A DNA stretch of 64,000 nt from Heteronotia binoei (taxonomy: Eukaryota), in NCBI RefSeq assembly GCF_032191835.1, contig NC_083223.1:70804001-70868000 (forward strand). Reading direction: 5' to 3'. A program made the translations under genes and the position numbers. This document shows positions 57,101 to 64,000 of this stretch, one piece after another. The notes beneath the pieces are model-generated. The model was not told the DNA's origin. It saw nothing but the letters and a program-made list of their open reading frames with translations, and did no database searches. The number at the start of each line of letters is the position of its first letter. Positions within the stretch are counted from its first letter, which is position 1.

Positions 57101-60100
57101 TCTGTATGATCTGCATTTATACATAGTCTTGCACGTTGTGCAGTATATATTGCTTTTATCATCCTTATAAAGTTTTCCCCCAACTCCATTTTCTCCATTA
57201 CTGCAAACATAAAGTCCCAGTTTAAATTATCAAATGCTTTCTCTGCATCCACAAAGAATAATGCTACTTCTTTTTCTGGATGTCTTTCATAATATTCTAC
57301 AATATTTACAACAGTTCTAATATTGTCTCTTATTTGCCTTTTGGGGACAAACCCCACTCGATCCTCCTTTATAAAATTTATCAGATGTTGTTTAAGACGT
57401 TCTGCCAATATTCTTTTATATATTATAATCATTATTTAATAGTCTATAATTGGTCTATAATTTTTTACATTCGTGACGTCTCTATCTTCTTTTGGAATCA
57501 ACAAAATAACAGCTTCCTTCCATGTATTTGGTATTTTCCCTTTTATTCTTATCATGTTAATCAATTTCTGAAATTTCAGTATTAATTCCTCTTTGAATGT
57601 TTTTTAAAAATTAGCTCTATATCCATCTGGCCCAGGTGCCTTTCCATTTTTCATTGCATGAATCGCTGCTTCAATTTCTATTTTTTCAATTGGGTCATTC
57701 AAAACTTTTTTTCATATTTTTCTGTTAAGGGTGCTATTTTAATATTTTGTAAATATGCTTCCAACCTTTCTTTCTTTATTTTAACACCCTTAAATAATTT
57801 AGCATAGTACTTAAAGAACTATCTCTTTATTCTTTCTTGATCTACCACCTCTCTTCCGTCAGCCACAATTTTATTAATGATTTTGCTTTCTTTTTTTTTT
57901 CAGTTGCCAGGCGAAATATTTTCCAGGTTTATTTGCTTCCTCGAAAGATTTCTGCTGTAATGTTTTCAGATTCCATTCCAGTTCTTTATTTAACAAATGT
58001 CTCATTTGTGTTTGTAATATTGTAATCTCCCTCATAATTTTCTTTTTTCCTGGCCTTTTACTCAGTTCCCCTTCTTTTTTCTTTATTTCATTTTGAATGT
58101 CCAACATCTGTTTTTCTTTTGCCCTCTTGTCTTTATTATTCAATGTAACCAATATTCCTCTCATTACTGCTTTATAAGCATCCCACACCGTCTGAAATTC
58201 TATATCTTCTTTATCGTTTATTTGGAAGAAAGCTTTAGGTAAAATCTCTATTTTCTTTGTTATAACGCCTAAATCCTTAGTCCCCCACAACATGTCAATT
58301 CTGGAAAAAGTATTATGTCTTGCTGAAAAAAGGTATAGTCCCGCACTTCAGGGTTAAATTTTCTCCATATATCTTCCAGGTTTTCTTTTGACCAATTCAA
58401 AAAAAGACTTTGGCAATTTTCCTTCCTTATTATTTTTTTCCCTCAGACCTATCTTAATTGTATTCTTAATTGTTCCATTAAAGTCCCCCATTATCAAAAC
58501 TTGATCATATGTCACTTCATCAAGTTGTTGTATAATGTCTTTGAAAAAAGCATCCTTTGCTCCATTTGGTGCATACAATCCCAATAACAACTTTTTATTT
58601 GCATTTAATATTATTTCTACCGCTACAAATCTTCCATTTTTATCTTTAAACACTAATTTCGAATCCAATTCTTGTTTAATATAAAAAATCACTCCCCTTT
58701 TCTTCTGTTTAGCCAATGAATGAAATTCTAGTCCCAATTGCTTATTCCATAAATTTGTAATCCTTTTGTTTGATATGTACTTCTTGTAAACAAACTATAT
58801 TACAATTTTGCTTTTTAATCCAATGAAACGTTGCCTTTCTTTTTTTGTGGTGAATTTAGTCCATTTACATTCCAAGCTAATAATTTGTAATCCATCATGG
58901 TGCAAATTCTTTGTTCTTCATAAAATCTACGCAGTTCCCATGTGTTTGTAAATGTAATCCTTTTTCCTTGAAGTTCAAAGCTCAAACCTTCAGGTATTAT
59001 CCATCTATACCTCATTTCATTGTCCCATAATTTTTCTGTCAGTTTCTTATATGCTCTTCTTTCATTTATCACTTGTCTTGGCAACTCCTTCATAATTCTT
59101 AGTCTGCTGCCTCCCTCTATCAATGTCTTTTCAAAGTTTTTATTCATGATTTTTCCCACCATTTCTTTTATCATATATCTTATAACCACATCTCTTGGTA
59201 GATTTTTTTTTGGCATAGAGTGAGTTCAGTCTATACATATAGTTATACATGTTTCTAGACCCTTCAGGATCTTCCTCCAGAAATTCTGCAATTATTTTTA
59301 TTATATATTCTTTAAAGTCAGTTTCTTCATCCTCAGGTACTCCTCTCAGACGTATTTGGGTCTCCATCAATTTGCAGTCATGAATTGCCACTTTTTCTTG
59401 TATTTTTAACAAGGTGGAATCATGTACTTTCACTCTCCCTTCCATCTCTTGCACTTTCTTTGATGTTACCACAGTCTCATTTTTGAGATCCTCTATATCT
59501 TTTTTTAGCTTTTCAATATCTTTTCTAATTTCTTTTTTGGAAGCAGTTATCATCTCCTTCATCTCTTTCATTATCCTGGCTTCCATTGTATCTAACTGGT
59601 CCTGCATTTCTCCAGTAAAGCAGTCCTTGCATGGGTTTGCTTGTGGTCTGACATGTAAAAACACTGAAAATTTTGACCTCACCAAATTAAATTTCAACTA
59701 TTAGATTTAAAAGAGTGAAGCTTGCTTTCTTCAATAACCCTAATTTCACCATCCTCCGAGCCTCCTAGGCTCAGATATTAATTTTTTAAGTTTTTATTTT
59801 CACCAAAATGGCAGTTGCAACTTTCTGCCTCACTTTAATTTTTTTTTCCTTTTTTCTCTAAAGGCTTCTAAAATAATTATTGACAATAATGTCCAATAGC
59901 ATTTACCTTATAATCGTCACCTCTGTTGGCTCCACCAATTTTTAATGTCCCGAACACTTTAAAAGTTTTATTTAAATTTTAGCCTCCTTGCAATGGCTGC
60001 TGATGTTTTTCTATGATATTATAGTCCTAGAGTAGACTGGCTGCTTCAATGATTTCCCTTTTCCATCCAATGCTTCCTGCTTTTTTTGCCACCAAATCTC

Positions 60101-60735
60101 GTTTTTGCTGGTAAAGAGATCTCACGATACTTGACATATTTCCTGTGTTGACTGTGGGAACTGCAATTCTATGGCAATGGGGCTTTTTCTCAAAAACCGC
60201 AAGTAGACCAAACAATAAATTCCTTTCCACTTTTTAGCACTGCCCTTTAAATTTACAAAGTCCAAATTTTGCCCCTTCTTCTTCCAAGCTTTTTAGATTT
60301 CAGTTTCCCACCTTCTGATTTTATTTTGTTTAACTTTAATTAGTCCCGGAATGAAAGATAGCAATCTGTACCTTTTCTGTAGTTATCCAGATCAACACCG
60401 GTCTTGTGTAGCTTTAGATGTTTAGTAGTATCAAAGAAGATTAGGATCCTTTTGAGCTTATGTCAAATAAATGACTCTGGAAACTTCTGCAGATGATGAA
60501 AATGCAACTAATCTCCAGATACCCCTCAAAGCCTCAAAGGAGCCCCCCCCCCCCGGGACTCCCTTTTAGCCAAGGTAAATCTCCTCAAAGTTTCCTGTGC
60601 ATATCTTGGACTGATCTCTGACTGAGAAAAGTAGGCAGTAGGCATTAGATTGCCTTCCACTACCCCGAACAGAAGTTCCAGCCTGCTCCCCTTCTGAGAA
60701 GCAGTTCAGCTTGGCATTTTCCAACCCCAGAAGTC
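54163..60735 (-). mobile_element. Full-length but frameshifted A-rich L1 (L1-B)
   Basis: TSD TGATTTGATG(G/T)CACTTTC (54145-54162 / 60736-60753); ORF1 pieces at 59697-58815; EN WNVNGLNSP and MGDFNG; RT GTRQGCPLSP and AFADD; CWKC..YHMWWTC; AATAAA and A-rich tail. Confidence 0.95.
54858..55746 (-). mobile_element. Non-autonomous hAT element nested in L1-B ORF2
   Basis: TAGGCTTCCC...GGCAACCCTA ends; perfect TSD GTCATATA; splits the YMT|PKK codons. Confidence 0.93.
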
Positions 60736-60882
60736 TGATTTGATGTCACTTTCCACCATCACCAAGATTTTACTTCCAAGACCCAAAGAATGAAAATTTA
60801 AGATACTGTCTTATAAAGCTATAGAGAGAGAACTCTCTATGGATTAACATATACAGGCACCCTCCAGCTGAATATTCTATAG

Positions 60883-60960
60883 CAGGGGTGGCCATGCTGG
60901 CTGGGGCTGATGGGAGTTGTAGGCAAAAAACATCTGGAGAGCTACCATTGGCCACCCCTG
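60883..60960. mobile_element. Half-deleted CAGGGGTGGCC MITE
   Basis: Both TIR ends present; perfect TSD TTCTATAG. Confidence 0.9.
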
Positions 60961-61029
60961 TTCTATAGAACTGATGAATTCATCTGCTTGAGGATTCTCA
61001 TCCTCCACTACTGCATTTCACAATGCATT

Positions 61030-61120
61030 CAGGTGGGTAGCCATGTTGGTCTGAAGCAACAGAACAAAGTTTGAGTCCAGTAGCACCCTTGTTAGTCTTG
61101 AAGGTGCCTCTCAAACTTTG
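61030..61120. mobile_element. Penelope-like repeat fragment (no hammerhead)
   Basis: CAGGTGGGTAGCCATGTTGGTCTGAAGCAACAGAACAAAGTTTGAGTCCAGTAGCACC is shared with the 41555 and 51860 copies. Confidence 0.55.
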
Positions 61121-62276
61121 TTGTTCAAATTGTAAAATGTTTCATAAGAAGTTGTATAATATAGGAAAAGACTTGCCAAAAAACTCCAAGAAGAATGAGA
61201 ATGGAGAAGATGATACTGGATTTGATGAAAATAAAAATTTGGAAACATTTGTAAGAGTAATGGGATATGCCATGCTTCATTTCATAACATTCATAAAATT
61301 CCATTTGTTATCTATTCGGTTTAAGCAGAATGTTCTTTTTTTCACTAAGGCAGACCTTCTTCCCAACATGTTAGCCCTCATGTGTTTGGATCAAGCAGTT
61401 TTCTTGTGGTTATGGGTTTGGGGCATCTCAGCACATGGAATAAATACTGGCAGCTGAATCTGAGAGACCATGATTTACTTTACATGAGTAAATATTCAAG
61501 TTAGGACTTGGCAGTTGACAAGAGTTAAAATTAGCAGAACATCTACTTAAGTCGGAAATAAAGTTTCCTCACTTTCAGTAGTGAAGCATATTGTGAAAGA
61601 AAATTGGTGTTGTGAATAATGCATATATTTTCCCATGCATTATTTCTGTTGAAATAAAAATACCAATTATTTTATACACAGCCTATCTAGTATCTTTGTA
61701 TTCTCATAATTAATGCATAAACCTTAAATCACCAACAGAAAATGGTTCCCTCGATGTTGTTACTGATCATTAATTATGCATATTATGAAACCAAAAATCA
61801 CCACACATATTATGAAGAATTTTTTAAAAAGTTTAAAGCTTGCAAAAATGCTCTTTTTCCCAAAAAGAAGAAAAGAGTAAACATCACTCTTATAAACATT
61901 TTATTAATAGTGATTGGCAATAAAACAGGTTACGAAAGATGTCATTACTAAAGGATTATTAGAATTGTAAAAATTAATTTGGTAGTTATACGTTTATTTG
62001 TATTAACCACGATGACTGCCATCTTATTTCTTGTCCTGGGAAAAAATCCACAAAATATTCTGTTTAAGATCATGTCTTTTGCAGTAATTTTTAATCTAAG
62101 TGAATCAACTGAATACATAATTAGTTACGAATCTTCAGAAAAAATAATTATTAAAATTAAGTGAAATATTTACTCAGTATCACACAGAAAGAAACTCATT
62201 TTTATTTGCTGTTTCAAGGACTTACCATTTCCAAGTTATGATATCTACCTTAAAATATTAAGTAAATATGATATTA

Positions 62277-62850
62277 CTAGGAGAAAGGCCTGTTGTGAAG
62301 TAAAATACAATGGGCTCTAGAAGGAGCCTCTGGGTGAATGCCCTCCCTTGCTGTCTTCCCACCCACCCAACTGTAGCCTTTGGAGGCGGCTTGAGCTGGG
62401 AGGCCTTTTGTGAGACCACAGTAGCTCTGCAGTCCCTTCTGAGGCTGGTTGACAGAGAGGAGACAGAGAAGAGTTGGCGATGTGGCTGTTTCTGAGGTAA
62501 GACTGCTTTTGGCAGTGTGTTCAACATTCCTGTGCTTGTAGTAGGTGGGGGCAGGGGAGTCAGCCAATGGGAGGCCAGAGACGATGACTGACATGTGATG
62601 GGCCAATAGTGTGTTGTTCCCACAGTAACTGCCAGAACTAAGGATGGTTGAATTTTACTGACAGAATCAGCTTTGCTGACTAGCAACAGCCACTCGGGCG
62701 GGAGAGAGGAGTGGACTCAACTAATAGCACACAAGTACTCTTGACTGATAGGTTGACGGGCCAAAGGCTGATACCCCACAGTTCCATTGAGCCCCAACCA
62801 ATCAGGATGGTCAGATTTGCCACCACAACAGGAGAATTATTACTAAATGA
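62277..62850 (-). mobile_element. Non-autonomous Helitron
   Basis: The minus strand starts TC after host A and ends CTAG before host T; 9-bp subterminal hairpin at 62288-62315. Confidence 0.7.
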
Positions 62851-62866
62851 TAAAATGTGGTATATA

Positions 62867-64000
62867 CAGTATGTCACAGAAGTGAGTACACCCCCTCACA
62901 TTTTGTAAATATTTAAGTATACCTTTTCATGTGACAGCACTGAAGAAATGACAATGTAAAGTAGCTTGTATAACAGTGTAAATGTGCTGTCCCCTCAAAA
63001 TTACACAACACACAGCCATTAATGTCTAAACTGCTGGCAACAAAAGTGAGTACATCCCTAAGTGATAATGTCCAAATGAGGCCCAAGTAGCCGTTTTCCC
63101 TCCCTGGTGTCATGTGACTCGTTAGTGGTACAAGGTATCAGGTGTGAAGGGGGAGCAGGTTATTGCTCTCACTCCCTCATACTGGTCACTGGAAGTTCCA
63201 CATGGCACCTCATGGCAATGAACTCTCTGAGGATCTGAAAAAACAAATTGTTGCTCTACATAAAGATGGCCTAGGCTATAAGAAGATTGCCAAGACCCTG
63301 AAACTGAGCTGCAGCACGGTGGCCAAGACCATACAGTGGTTTAACAGGACAGGTTCCACTCAGAACAGGCCTCACCATGGTCGATCAAAGAAGTTGAGTG
63401 CCTGTGCTCAGCTTCATATCCAGAGGTTGGCTTTGGGAAATAGACGTATGAGTGCTGCCAGCATTGCTACAGAGGCTGAAGGGTTGGTGGGGTCAGCCTG
63501 GCAATGCTTAGATCCAATGCCGCATGCTGCATCAAATTGTTCTGCAGGGCTGTCGTCCCAGAAGGAAGCCTCTTCTAAAGATGATGCACAAGAAAGCCCG
63601 CAAGCCCACTGCAGACAAGCAGACTAAGGACATGGATTTCTGGAACCATGTCCTGTGGTCTGATGAGACCAAGATAAACTTATTTGGTTCAGATGGTGTC
63701 AAGCGTGTGTGGTGGCAACCAGGTGAGGAGTACAAAGACAAGTGTGTCTTGCCTACAGTCAAGAATGGAGGTGGGAATGTCATGGTCTGGGGCTGCATGC
63801 GTGCTGCCGGCACTGGGGAGCTACAATTCATTGAGGGAACATGAATGCCAGCATGTACTGTGATATACTGAAGCAGAGCATGATCCCCTCCCTTTGGAGA
63901 CTGGGCCGCAGGGCAGTATTTCAACATGATAAAGACCCCAAACACACCTCCAAAATGACCACTGCCTTCCTAAAGAAGCTGAGGGTAAAGGTGATGGACT
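62867..64000 (+). mobile_element. Tc1-type (IR/DR) DNA transposon, truncated by the window edge; transposase from ATG 63202 with frameshifts
   Basis: TA then CAGTATGTCAC; direct repeats AAGTGAGTACA(C/T)CCC at about 62880 and 63044; MAPHGNELSEDLKK..HTH, WSDETK, VMVWGC and FQHDKDPKH motifs. Confidence 0.93.

Noticed and set aside
29500-64000. COL19A1 or another neighbour gene expected upstream of LMBRD1 by recalled human synteny
   Set aside because: No Gly-X-Y, signal-peptide or TSPN exon was recognised in this window.

Overview
Vertebrate genomic DNA, most likely a gecko (inferred from Squam3/Squam2 and 5S-Sauria SINE-like repeats). It holds the 5' end of LMBRD1 (lysosomal cobalamin escort LMBD1) on the minus strand: exon 3 (17985-18045), exon 2 (26137-26313) and a CpG-island first exon (28236-28301). 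Exon 4 is not seen and probably lies left of the window. The main surprise is a second, diverged but intact copy of the first coding exon 874 bp upstream (29110-29175). It has the same 22-codon length, the same phase-0 GTAGG donor, 13/22 identical residues with several synonymous changes, and its own TATA/YY1-like promoter. This suggests tandem alternative first exons giving two N-termini/TM1 halves. The rest is a dense transposon landscape: a chromodomain Gypsy 3' end with LTR; two decayed DIRS (tyrosine recombinase) retroelements; an intact full-length L1 with a perfect TSD (33601-39824); a decayed full-length L1 of another lineage (54163-60735); L2, CR1 and RTE fragments; Penelope-type terminal repeats carrying minimal hammerhead ribozymes; hAT and Harbinger-type MITEs; a small Helitron; and a Tc1 transposon cut by the window end. 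All family assignments come from motif recognition without database searches.
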